A DNA stretch of 63,147 nt, counting the filler, from Bigelowiella natans CCMP2755 (lineage: Eukaryota > Protista > Cercozoa): NCBI GenBank assembly GCA_000320545.1. It is 12 parts of 12 records of this genome, joined end to end, with 100 filler letters (N's around TTAATTAATTAA, not from the genome) between each part and the next. Parts side by side here need not be neighbours in the genome. Positions count along the whole stretch, not along the records: positions 10,873 to 14,224 come from ADNK01003655.1; positions 14,325 to 16,805 come from ADNK01002838.1; positions 16,906 to 18,079 come from ADNK01002043.1; positions 18,180 to 20,587 come from ADNK01003397.1; positions 20,688 to 21,879 come from ADNK01001346.1; positions 21,980 to 23,754 come from ADNK01001775.1; positions 23,855 to 24,951 come from ADNK01000371.1; 5 more parts are not named here. The stretch is one strand, 5' to 3'. The notes under the pieces are model-generated. The model did no database searches. It saw only the letters and a program-made list of their open reading frames with translations, and was not told where the DNA came from. Made by a program: the position numbers and the translations under genes. Shown here piece after piece: positions 12,275-24,946 of the stretch (the stretch's first letter is position 1; every line of letters begins with the position of its first letter).

Positions 12275-14220
12275 TCACACTGCCGGCGATGGTTCCGATT
12301 TCTCGCAGATCGCGTCGGCCATTGCTTCGACGCACGCGGCGAAGCCCCAGCAGTTGGCCTCCGTGCCAGGGTCGGGACCATAGCAGAATCTGTCGAGGGG
12401 GAGCTCTTTCTTAAGCGCGTCTTCGATGACAGAGTTCTTCACCGCTGCGAGTCCTTTCCTTCCGCTGAAAGATGGTGTGGGTTCGGCAGATATCAGCGGT
12501 ACTAGAATACAATCATAGCCATGCAATTGTGTGTTGGGCTTATTGGAGGGTGAGCCCATTTGAACTGAGCCGGGGACATACTAGGTGAACGTTGTGCATG
12601 GTGTGTATGCACGCAGGGGGGTGTACGTATGCGTGCCTTACTTCGACTGCGTCTTGATCTTAGCAAAGTTTATCAGCGACGAGGAGCTCTTGACGACCAG
12701 CCTGTACGGCGTGTTGATCGAGTTCCAGTGGAACAGCTGTGCGAAGGCCAGCCTCACGCACGGGACCTGGACATCGATATTTTTCACCAGCTTCAACTCC
12801 CTCTGCCCGTGCAGCGGCGTCTCGTTCATCAGATAATTCAGATTGAACCCGGTCTTCCCGTAGAGCGCGGGCAGGCACGTCACAGCCTTGGCCTGCGCGT
12901 CGCTGTAATGCACGGTGCTGCCGAGCCCCGCCTCGACAGCGCTCTCGATCCCCTCGTTGAGCGCCCCCAGCTGCGCGGCCGAGAGCCTCCGCGCGGGCTC
13001 CTGCGAGTTAGGGATCTGCGTTATGCCTCTGTTGATGGCGTCGGCGATGTCCTTAGTCGCCGCCGCAATGGTCTGGTCGACCGCCAACTTTGCAAGAGCG
13101 CTCTTATCGAGAGCCGGGCGTACGACGGTGTTCAAGGCTTTGAACAGCAGGTGGATGAACGTTTCGTATTGGTCTATGTTCGCGCGCAGGGGGAGGGGGC
13201 AGCGCACCAGCGTGACGGGGTCATATGTGGACTGGGCGAGCACACTCTCGGTGACGAACGCGAGGGTGGTGAGGAAAGAATCCAACTTCATCAGACTCTT
13301 TATGTTGTTGTCGTTGTAGAACTCCTCCACTCCCGGGAGCTGAGAGGGGGTTTGTGGGTTAGGGCTTGTCGACTCTTGTTACATGTTCGTGAAAAGATGG
13401 GGATTTGGAATAGATGGTGGGCAGTGATGATGATAGCAATTATTCTATTCCCCCCCCCCCCCCCCTCCGCTCTCTCTAATAGAAAGCAAAAAATGGAAAA
13501 TATTTAAGAACCAAACCTTTTTGAGTCCTTTGACCATCAGATCCTGCACGGTGTCCTTCTTTTTCCCCTTTTCCCCACCCTGAAGGAGCTTGCGAACGCT
13601 GTTGGCAAAGCTGAACGAGCTTCTTGTCGAAGAGAGCGCTCTCACGATCTGTCTACCGGGGGAGAGCCCCTTGAGCACGCTGTACCGTGAGAGCTGTGCA
13701 AGAAGCTTCGACACGTAAATATACACCCTCTCTCGGATAAACTCATCCCCGCCCTTGCTCTCCACGATCTCACTGTTAAGATCCATCACAGCCTTCTTGT
13801 ACTTGCTTTCGTAGTAGCGCGTGCCGTAGTTCGTGTAAAGCCCGTAGCGCTGGCGCAGATCCTCCCCCAGGCTTCCGCTGCCCCATCCCGTCGGGATCAG
13901 TTGGTGCATCTCACTGACCAAGTGGCTGACGTGAAACTCCTCAGCTCTGAATTCGTGGGACTCCGAAGTCTGTTCCTTGACCCTCTTGAGAATGGAACCT
14001 ACAAGCTGCGATGCAAGAGATTCTATGACTGCCACCTTCTCGCTGAAGGCACCGCAGCTCGCGGGGGTGGTTCCCCCGTTTTCCCAGGAGAGACAGGACG
14101 CAGGGAAGCGGATAAGACGGTGGCGACCGGAGGCGACGGTGGCCACGGGCTCTTTGTCGACTGTGAGGGATGGTGCATGTTGATTTTAGTTTGCCGTTAT
14201 TGTTCAATACGCGCTCATGC
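12275..14220 (-). CDS. Hypothetical protein (3' part of a multi-exon gene with long exons)
   Basis: Long GC-rich open frames at 13445-14146 and 12638-13343 joined by a GT..AG intron, with a terminal exon ending ..ADAICEKSEPSPAV*. No domain recognised. Confidence 0.6.
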
Positions 14221-14536
14221 ATGANNNNNNNNNNNNNNNNNNNNNNNNNNNNNNNNNNNNNNNNNNNNTTAATTAATTAANNNNNNNNNNNNNNNNNNNN
14301 NNNNNNNNNNNNNNNNNNNNNNNNGGGAGGGAGAGGGACAGAGAGAGAGAGAGAGAGAGAGATAGATAAATGTATAGATATCTAGATAGATCAGGATGGT
14401 AAGGAATAAACGCGCAGACACGCACATACGCCCACGCACACACCCCCCCGCCCCTCCGCCTCTCACTCACCCTTACGACATCGTGCAGAAGTTGCCCACA
14501 CATCACCACTGCTGTAGTAATTAATTAATATATTAT

Positions 14537-14605
<69 letters not shown>

Positions 14606-14639
14606 TTATATAATCATCACCACTCATGCGGGTACGCAG

Positions 14640-14921
14640 GTTTTCGAGGACGAAGATTTCGAGCAGGTCGTTGAAGTGCCTCCACCGCAAGACGATATTA
14701 CCATCAGCGCCGAACTGGCTACTATGCTGAGCAGCGTGAATGCGGAGGCTGCTGCCAGTACCGACAACTACGACAAAGCAGCAGAAAGCGACGAAGAGGT
14801 TGACGTGGAGTTCCTCTTCGGTGATGACGATGACGGCGACGATGATGGACCCGACTACGAAGAAAGTAACATGGGTGAGGACGGTGGGATCATTCAGGAA
14901 GCCAAGTTTGAGGACATCTAG
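14640..14921 (+). CDS. Terminal exon of a hypothetical gene with an acidic C-terminus
   Basis: After a CAG acceptor: VFEDEDFEQVVEVPPPQDD...EAKFEDI*. Confidence 0.45.
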   Translation, partial: VFEDEDFEQVVEVPPPQDDITISAELATMLSSVNAEAAASTDNYDKAAESDEEVDVEFLFGDDDDGDDDGPDYEESNMGEDGGIIQEAKFEDI

Positions 14922-15983
14922 CTAGCTAGCTAGCCAGCAGCATGATGGGCTTTAGTTAATGAGAACTGTCTTTCGCAAAAACAATCGTACACAAGAAAAG
15001 TTGCGAGTATTCTGTATGAACAGCGGCGCACGCTGTAAGTGAGCACACAGTTACGACAGCGCTACGTGCAAACTGCTGGCTGCATAGGTTATATATTGCA
15101 ATGAACGATTTTCCCTGCATTTTGTTTTTGCGTAATAACTATTGATATGCGTGAATGCATTTTGTCTAGTAAGTATGTGTCAGCGTTATTAGAGACATGT
15201 ATGTATGTATATATAAAGTGGCATGCTAGCATGATGCCTGCAATATGCTGGATCAAGATGTACAGGATGAAGCTATAAGGGCTCCATGGTAATGCATGCA
15301 TGCATGCAAGGCAAGCTTGCTGATGCGCTGTGTGCGTTGCGAGAGCAGATCGATGCTACAAAAGCCGCCTACAACAATATGACTAAATGTCCACACATGC
15401 AATGCACGTACGCGCGAAAACAAAAACAGTTCTTCGTAGCGCCATATGTCGCAGCCGAAGCACACTAGCACACATACGCTAGCACGTGCGGTCATATTAG
15501 CTCGCATTGTGATCGATCGAGCAAGGATTTTACCTACACGCATATGGCATGCTTGCTGTTGTCTTACAGCAGGGAGAAGTCCCCTATCTAGCTAGCTATG
15601 CTAAGGAATTGAATGGCCATGACATCGCTAGCAATGTTAGTAGACCCCAACTGTGTACTATCATCATCAACATCATCATCATTATTATATATTATCATCC
15701 TCGTCAGCATAAAAACCGGTTTGTGCTACGTGCTTTACAGTCAAGGAACAGATGCGAGTTTGGGCTCATCGAGCTGCTCTACCACACGCATGCACGGCTT
15801 TTTACTTCTTCGATGACGACCGCTTTCGCTGCATATTCTGTACTACGGCATTATGGAGCTTCGCGAGAAGCCTCTGGCACTTTTTATATCTACTATATGT
15901 AAACACACACAGACACACACACACACACACATATTAACATATGTGCATATTCATTCTCTTTGTCATTTGCACTGTGGCGAAGG

Positions 15984-16800
15984 CTACGAAAATCGAGCCG
16001 CTCTCGATGAGGGGGAAACACACCGAAATTTCAAAAACAACCCACTACCACCACCACCACCACCATCCAACAACACAAGCAACACCGTGACCGCTACCCC
16101 CCCCCCCCCTCTCTCATCATTTCGAAAGTGAGCGTGCAGCAGCATATAATAGTAATTCGGTAGGAGCAAGCAGCATTTGCAAACGGCACACATTCTATGA
16201 TCGAGGGCCGAAGAATGCATGCAGCCGCTCCGGTATGAAGATGATATGATTCGATATAACGTTGACCTTGCCATCTGTGCGAGCAGCTGCTTTCTTGTCT
16301 CAGGGCTGCTGCTGGAGATCGCCCATAGCGTCCTCGCGCATGCAAGTTGCACCTCCAAGCTGGGCTCATTCCTCTCCATTAACTACGCATATACCATGCA
16401 TAGACCATCAGCGAAATAACGTGACGGACGGGCGAGGAGCGGCTCGAGGGGGGGGGGGGAGGGGGGTGGAAGGGGGCAGAAGAAGATGAATGGAGAAGTG
16501 GATATCACATACTTCTCGATGAAGATGGATACGTTTGAATACCATTGGCATGTGCGTGGAATTGGTTGCTTTTCGCAACACATGTTAGGCTTTGGACGGG
16601 TCATAGCTGCTTGCCCCCCCCCCCAACCCCTGCGACCTGTCGAATAAAAAAGGTAAAAAACCGAAGGGAGAGAAACTTACCTGCAGAGAATGAGCCGGGA
16701 TTGTTCATAATTCAGCCATATTGTTATGTCTGTAGTAGGTGAGATTCCTCCTATCCGCGCATGTTTGGATGCAATCTCCGCGGGGGCTCCCACCCTCACG
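15984..16800 (-). CDS. Hypothetical gene fragment (possibly ARM/HEAT-like helical protein)
   Basis: Exon EPSLEVQLACARTLWAISSSSPETRKQLL resembles an armadillo-repeat helix. Flanking exons are uncertain. Confidence 0.3.
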
Positions 16801-17533
16801 GGGGGNNNNNNNNNNNNNNNNNNNNNNNNNNNNNNNNNNNNNNNNNNNNTTAATTAATTAANNNNNNNNNNNNNNNNNNNNNNNNNNNNNNNNNNNNNNN
16901 NNNNNAAGGATACGAACCGCGAGTGGAAGAAGCCACTGCAAGTAACCAACAGTGAAGGCGCAGCAGGCCATTACGATAGCTCTGTGTGAGGAGATAAAGA
17001 TTGATTGCTTGTTTTCCTACAGATAAAACGGAAGGCTGACCTGCTAATTACGTGTTTCGAACCGAGAATTTCATCGATTAAATTGGAACAATGGCCAGAT
17101 GTGCGGAGGGATCGTGTAGCCTCAAATGTAATGCTCGAGGAGCCGGTCCATCATCTTCCCCGGCTACTTCGTACGTCACAATGTGAGAGAGGGGGGATGT
17201 TCGAGTATTTTCAACGTATCTCCCGGCAGTTAGTATTGTTGCCCGGTTGTTGTCTGAAGACATCCAACATCGGGGGAAATGTAAGATATACTGGGTTTTA
17301 AAATAAATATATTTCTTTTACTGTAAAATGAAGTGGGAAATAGGGCCCCTCTCGAGGAAGATTTCAAATTCCCCCTACTAGTTTCTTACACATATTTTCT
17401 TCCCCCCCCCCCCCCCCCCCCCCGGGTATATCTGTCGCTACTACAAAGCAACCACCACCTCTGCGTGAGCGCCTCCTATTTCAAGGGCGAGGATGAGCGG
17501 CTCGTAGGCCGACTGTGAAGCATTCGTTATATT

Positions 17534-17570
<37 letters not shown>

Positions 17571-19488
17571 CAAAAATATGTATATTGTGTGAGATGCATT
17601 GATGATGATGACGACGATAACGATAACGATGACGATGACGACGACGATGGTGACGAGGATGATGATGAGATTAGGGAACGCATTCCATCGGAAGTTCCCC
17701 CATTGGGGTGTGTGCAAGTCCTCGTTGAATGCGTGTCACATTGCTTCCTCATGGAGGGATTAAGAGAACGGTGCAGAGCGGAGGGTGGGGGACAGGGAGG
17801 GGGGGAGTTCCGACCTCGTCCCGAACAAGGCCTTTCTGCTCCATCGACTGAAACACCTAGAAAGCATAGACCATAGCCAGACACACACACACACACACAC
17901 ACAAACACACACGATATAAGAAACATAAATGCGCAAATAAACACCATTCACGCCAGTGGCAAAAGAAAGGAAAGAGCCCTGCAATCAACCGACGATCGCT
18001 ACGACGTCGCATAGCATTATCATCGTTTCTTCGTTTCCGTCATTCTCTCAGAAACCCTCCCCCCCCTCCCCCCCCCCGGNNNNNNNNNNNNNNNNNNNNN
18101 NNNNNNNNNNNNNNNNNNNNNNNTTAATTAATTAANNNNNNNNNNNNNNNNNNNNNNNNNNNNNNNNNNNNNNNNNNNNTGCTCGATATATGGTGAAGAG
18201 AAAGGGGGGGGGGGGGGAGGGGAAGGGGTGCCATTAATCATTGGCCTGCTTATGTCCTAATCAATGCGAAATACAATAATAATCGGTTGCTAGCCGATCC
18301 CATCGCCCTCCTTTGAATAGTTTGCCTAATGCATTGTCTCCAGCTGCAGGACAGCTCCACGGATGATGGCACCGAGGAGTACGTAATAGAGGACCCTGTT
18401 CTTTTGATGGAGGTGGGAAGGCGATTATGGCGGTGGTGATGCTGATAATGAGTACGGTGTGTTAACGGAGGCGGTGACGATGATCCATCAAATGCGTGTT
18501 TGGTTTGGTGCCCCTCTCGCAAAGGTGATGGATTTGCAGGAGCTAATCGATTCCACGGAAGATCAAGACAAGCTAAAAAGAATATATCACGGTACTTCCC
18601 TAACCCTGCCCCCCTCCCCTTTCCAATACGGGGCGACTGGAAGGAACGATGAACATGAGTTGCGTAAAATAACACGATCAATGGCGTTCCGCAGGGGAAA
18701 ACTGCGGCCTCGAGCCGTGCCATCATCACCAACATCGTACCTAACCGGAGTGCTGCCTTTGTAGACGTCGAGTCGAGCTATAGGAGCTTTGTTGGGTCAG
18801 TCTCCGCTGCATTTGAAGAAGGTAGCGACGATTAGCTAGATTATATACTCTTAACACACATACACGAGCGCGCGCGCGCACACACAAACATGCAAGCATG
18901 CATGATACACATGAAACGCACTGGGAAATGTGTGTTTGCGGGACGGGAGAGCTGTGTGAAGACAACTTTCGAATCCTCACAGCCGCAGCCCTGCAATGGC
19001 GTTCCAGCGAACGAATCGTGTCGCATCCCATGCAAGCAGATTTTCGATTCTTTAGCTTCTCTTCCCTTCTCGCAGCCCCCATTGCCGTTGACAATATCGT
19101 TTTCTACGATGCATCCTCGCAGAGTGTCCTTCGGGCGTGCAGAAGAGCATTCACTGCCTTTCTTACTACGATAAGCTCCGCAAGAGCGTGTTGGCTAAGA
19201 TGGACGCTCAGTGATCGACCGAGAAGGAGCATTTTAAGGACAGAGTGCCTCATATATGCTGTTGTAGTAGCCGAGTCTAATGGCGGAACAAGGCCTCGAT
19301 TGTGCTCATACTAACACCGCATTTTTGTAGCTGACTGCCTAGTGCTACATAGTAGTTGTTCTGCGTTTCGTGCGCGGTTGATGATCTTCAGCGCTTGCTG
19401 TTTGTGTCGTTATCCCCTCAATGAGCGAGTATCGTGTGTGTAGTTATGAGGCGGGTGTAAGTAAGACGGATAAATTATAAAATCAAAT

Positions 19489-19560
19489 TAAATTTGTTCA
19501 ATGGTCATCGGTCCATGTAGCTGTGCAATGCAGCGGCTACAGCGCTAATGCTCAATCTGT
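19489..19560 (+). repeat. Short dispersed repeat, copy A (~70 bp)
   Basis: taaatttgttcaatggtcatc..atgtagctgtgcaatgcagcggctacagcgct..aatctgt, recurring at 31024 and 60321. Confidence 0.75.
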
Positions 19561-20486
19561 CGGATGTAAGTGAATAATCATATTATTTTAATAGCCATTT
19601 TAAGACAGCATCGCAGAAGCGAGCAGGCTAGCAGGGCGGCGGCAACCGTTCTAGCTAGGATGTTGTTTAATTGCTGATCGTTTGTGCTACCAACGTACAC
19701 AACATTCGCTACATGCGCAATCTACTAGACCATATAGCATGCTGACAAACTTTGCTCTTCGAATGTAACTTCCAGTTAAAGACAAATTGATTTTCCTTAC
19801 ATGCTAATATAGCAGCGGCTTGTGAGATCTAGAACATCTCTTCCACAGTTTGCACAGTCTATCTAGCAGTGCACAAGCCAGCAAGCGCGCGTATGCATTG
19901 TATTTGGCTAGTAGGCTCAGGTATTAAAATGTGCGCTCGTGCCAGCAATTAATTAATAACACGTGCGGCATGCTACCGCGAAAGACTAACACGAGTGAAA
20001 CACCTCAATGCATTGCACGCTCCCCTTACACGCGCGCTGCTATTAGGCCTAATATACTCTTACACGTTTTACATGTACACTACGCACCTCTCTGGGTAGA
20101 TCTAGAGATGCCGAATAAATCTACAATTCCTCTACTATATCTTCTTCTCCACGATGAGGGCTATGAGTTCCTTCATGGGGGCCAGCTGCGACGTAATACA
20201 CATGCATTTGGAAGCAACACGTAAGTGTAAGGGACAACAGAATAAGCATTGTCTCGCGACTACGATAACGTTTGCGTTTCGATTTTTCCAAATGTATTTC
20301 TTCTTCCTATTATTTTTTCCGCCACGTGTTCTCAGCCTCCCCCCTACCCCTCTTCTAAAAGAACAAAACCAAAGGGGGGGAGGGGGAACACCCACAGATA
20401 AAATCTCAACAATGAGAAGCAGCCAACTGCGGGTATTCTATTCTATTATTTGCGTTGTTTTGCTATAGAACCATGATTTACTTTCG

Positions 20487-20523
<37 letters not shown>

Positions 20524-20692
20524 ACTTTCCCTTTCTCTCATTGAATGACATTATTATCATCATTGCCATCCCCAAGACCGCTTAATCNNNNNNNNNNNNN
20601 NNNNNNNNNNNNNNNNNNNNNNNNNNNNNNNTTAATTAATTAANNNNNNNNNNNNNNNNNNNNNNNNNNNNNNNNNNNNNNNNNNNNACGTC

Positions 20693-21282
20693 CACCTGTG
20701 TTCATTGATAGGAGTTAGAAAAATTCAGATTGTGTTTTATGCACATTTTTTTACGTAAAAAAAGTGACTTGTTTGGTTAAAATGTGCAAAAGACTTTTTG
20801 TGATTTGTTTGGGAAAAACACCCCAAAGACTTTTTACATTTTTTACCTAACAAAATGTGTAAAAAGACTTTTTACATTTTTTACCATACAAATCTTGAAA
20901 ATAATATCACAATGTGACAAACTCCAAATGACGATCACCGAATTTGCATCCCTTTTTTTCCCATTCGCCATGACGCATGGGAAACAAGGACGCAAATTCG
21001 GTGAATTATTTGTTAGTAAAAAATATGCGAATGACTTTTTACATTTTTTACCAAACAAATCATGAAAATAATATCACAATGTGACAAACTCCAAATGACG
21101 ATCACCGAATTTGCATCCCTTTTTTCACATTCGCCATGACGCATGGGAAATATGGATGCAAATTCGGTGAATTACTTGTTGGTAAAAAACACACAAAAGA
21201 CTTTTTACATTTTTTACCAATTTATCTACATGTATCAAATCAAATTTGAATTTTTCTAACTCCTATCAATTGAACACAGGTG
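20693..21282. mobile_element. Non-autonomous TIR element (MITE), 590 bp, with CAC termini and a 4-bp TSD (CGTC)
   Basis: The left end cacctgtgttca(-)ttgataggagttagaaaaattca is the reverse complement of the right end tgaatttttctaactcctatcaattgaacacaggtg. CGTC flanks both sides (20689-20692 and 21283-21286). There is an internal ~170-bp direct duplication. Confidence 0.9.
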
Positions 21283-21507
21283 CGTCAAGCCTCACCTGGA
21301 TCTCTGGTTGGGGTCTGGGATGGGGGCGCGAGAGGCAGTGCCACTGATCTACGCTGTCTTCAACTATTTTTCTCTTTTGTTATCCCAGCCCTCAAACTAC
21401 CCCTCATTTATTACATAAATATTTTTACCATTTGTCAAAAAATTTTATAAAACATTTTTACTTTTTACATTTTTTATTTTACATTTTTTGTACTTTGTGC
21501 ACTCTCT

Positions 21508-21623
<116 letters not shown>

Positions 21624-22046
21624 ATATCTATATGCGTAGATATATATGTAGATAGACGCATGTAGATTTCTCACCGTCTACATAGGTGAAGGAGAGGGGG
21701 GGGAGAACTGGAAGCGCTCGGCGTACTTGTACGAAGGCAGCGAAAATGAAGGAAGCCGAATGACAAACGCGGAGCAGCAGCTACTGCAGGCAGGCGGAAT
21801 GAGGGACGGACGGAGGAGATATATCGAACGAGAGACGAGAAACTGTAGGAGAAGTGTAGGAAAATCAGGATGGAAGGGANNNNNNNNNNNNNNNNNNNNN
21901 NNNNNNNNNNNNNNNNNNNNNNNTTAATTAATTAANNNNNNNNNNNNNNNNNNNNNNNNNNNNNNNNNNNNNNNNNNNNCCCCCAAATCCCCTTTTTCCT
22001 TTTTCCCCTTCCCCCCCCCCCCCCCCCCCCCCCTCTCTCTCTCTCA

Positions 22047-23570
22047 GAAAGGAAGAGCGGCGGCTAGAGGAGCTTCTGTTTGCAACCACGAATTTCGGTA
22101 GGAATTTGAACGTGAATGGGAGATACGCTCTTGTCTTCACTATTAACGACTCGGTGGAAATCACTGCTCCCTCTTCTACACCTTTACTTTCCGCCTTTTT
22201 AACAGATGAGCATGGCAGCTCGGAGAAAGGGAAAAACGAGGCGAAAGCAGCCTCAGGGGGGGGCGCGGGGGACGATCCCTTTGCTCTCGAGGGTCCAGAA
22301 GAGGGCAAAACGCTGCAGGCAGCTTGGGTGGATGAGCATGATGAAACCATTGAGGTCGGTTGGTTTTTGCACTATAACAAGAACACCGTTGTACTTCTTC
22401 GGCTGCCTTGACCATGATTGATGATGGTGATATATGGCTCCCGCTCTTTTCCTTCCTCTTCGTTCGCACGTTCAGGTTAACGTGGCAGCAAAGGGCCGTC
22501 TGAGAAAGCTGCGCAAGGATGAGGACGAGACCATGCTGTCCGGGGATGTTTACGTGCAGCGGCTCCGAGACCAGTTTAGTGCCTACCCATCACTACATTA
22601 GAGATAAATGATTGCGTCATCTCATCCACGTGCCGAATCCTCTCTACTTCTTTCCCCTCCCCCCCTCTGAAGTCTCGCACGTGCACATCAATCATGTGTT
22701 ATGAAAATTGCCTCAGGTTTAAGAAAATTCACCAGGCTAACGATGACTCCTGGGCGACGATCCCGAGTAGTAACATGGCAGGGTTGGGGGGGGGGGGGAG
22801 GGGGGGGGGTTTAAGAAGACTATAATCCTAATACACTACTTTGCCGTGTAGCATCGCTTTATTCGAGCACTATCGTTGCTGTCCCAATTTGCAGCACCTC
22901 GCAATATATTTGAAGATAATCTTGTTCGCACACACACACACACACAAACACACATACACACACACACAAACGCGCTCGCTCGCGCGCGCACGCACGCACC
23001 ACAGTCAAAACTGTCCAGTTTGATTTGTGCGTATTATCTGCATCGCTATTCTCTAATTGCAATAATGCGCGGCACTGCTACAGACGAGGGGGGGGAGGCG
23101 ACTGATGAAGGAGCGAAGCAGCTACTAGCTACCACGAGAGGGCTGCTGGCATCATCTTCGAGGAGAAGAAATCTTGCTGCTCTTCCAGAAAAGGAAATCC
23201 GGGTAGTGTGTCGGAATTCTGTATGAGTTAATTCCTAAATTCGTCGTGCTACGCATACAAACCCCCAAGTGATAAATCAGAAAGTCCGTCTCCAGTCTGT
23301 GCCCTTCTCAGTGTTTCTCCTCCCCCCTCTCATTTCCCCTGGCAGGTGCTGCGAATGAAAGATTTGAACATAGACGCGCCTTCGGAAGCAGTGGTGCGCT
23401 CTGTGAGGTAACGTCCCTCCCCCCCCCCAATCCCGGCCCTCATCTTATCCTATCTCAAAGCGCGTGTTCTTTACTGTGCCTTCTCTCACTCCAAAAGCTA
23501 ACCCCAATCATAATTCCTCTTTCTTCCTCAGGTTTCATCCCAATGGCGAAGTTGCGCTGACAGCCGGGTA
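22047..23570 (+). CDS. UTP18: U3 snoRNA-associated protein 18 (WD40; SSU processome), partial
   Basis: Exons KEERRLEELLF, AAWVDEHDETIEV, RLRKLRKDEDETMLSGDVYVQRLRDQF and LRMKDLN..AVVRSV/RFHPNGEVALTAG, all typical UTP18 motifs in the expected order. Confidence 0.85.
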
Positions 23571-23854
23571 CAGAACGAAGGAGGGCAGGAAGGGAGGGAA
23601 GGGGGAGGGAGGGGGGGGGGGGGGATTTGTTGGGAAGGGGGGCCCGCAGTTGCTTGTGAGGGCCTGTTATCACATGATCCCCAGGGGGGTTTTCCGGGGG
23701 GGGAGGGGGGGTGGGGGGGGGGAAAAGCAAGACCGGGCCCAAACTTTTCTTCCTNNNNNNNNNNNNNNNNNNNNNNNNNNNNNNNNNNNNNNNNNNNNTT
23801 AATTAATTAANNNNNNNNNNNNNNNNNNNNNNNNNNNNNNNNNNNNNNNNNNNN

Positions 23855-23893
<39 letters not shown>

Positions 23894-24768
23894 GTATGTT
23901 ACGCGCACACAACTCGCACACAACGCACAAAACTACGCACAGGTCGGCGTGGAGAGCAACAAGCGCATGATGAGTGTCATCAAAGCACTCCAATCCATGG
24001 CCTGTGACCTGGTGAAGGAAGGAAAGGTAGGGCAATAATGGCGAGAGTGGGGAGGGAGGGGAGGGACGACGAGACACACATATTTACACTTAACACACAC
24101 ACTCTCTCACACTCACACACGCAAACTTGTAAAATGTACCATACTTACACGTATCATTTCCATATCGTTTTAACATAAACATCTTAGACCATCGTAAAGG
24201 CGAGCGAGTGGCCGGAATTCGGTACCTTTCACCCCCCCCCCCCCTCCCTCCCTCTCTCCTACCAAGCGATCGCGAAATAATAGCCGGTGGAGGTGGCAGC
24301 AAACCCCCACTCGCTCTTGTCCTTGGCTCGTCATTGTTATATAGTAGTAATGCTGGCAGCAGCAGCCTTAACTCGTGACGATGCTTTTGCCCTCCTGTTA
24401 CGGCTACGAACGTACGTACGTACAACACAGGCCTGAAGATCACTTCGGATAACAACTTCCCCACGGCTGCCGGGCTAGCCTCATCCGCATCTGGCCTTGC
24501 GTGCTTCACCAAGTGCCTCGCCGCGGTTTACCAAATCCCAGATACAGAGATCACCAAGCTCACAGCAATCGCAAGGTGTTATTCCTGTGTGTTTGAGGGG
24601 GGAGGGGAAGGGGGGGTGGGGGGGTTACCATTCCATAAGAATATACGAGCACAAACACGCACACACACACACACATTTCTCATCCGTTAAATCCTACACA
24701 GACAGGAATGATATGTGTAGGCATTTATCAAATTGTGTAGTTATGTTCCCATTCTTCCTCCAATTTCT

Positions 24769-24813
<45 letters not shown>

Positions 24814-24910
24814 TCTCTCTCTCTCTTAAACTTGCAACTACAGGCAAGGATCAGGGAGCGCGAGTCGCAGCCTCCATGGCGGGTGATGATAAAAACCATC
24901 CAACAAAATT

Positions 24911-24946
<36 letters not shown>

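Noticed and set aside
12629-13507. 292-aa plus-strand ORF (likewise 38187-38927 and the antisense ORFs within 43681-46340)
   Set aside because: Antisense shadows of GC-rich coding exons on the opposite strand.
15240-15900. Possible decayed hAT transposase C-terminus
   Set aside because: Only a vague resemblance across frames, with no TIRs or convincing motif.
20135-20190. Exon LAPMKELIALIVEKKI resembling a MOB1 C-terminus
   Set aside because: Too short, and the adjacent exon does not match MOB1.
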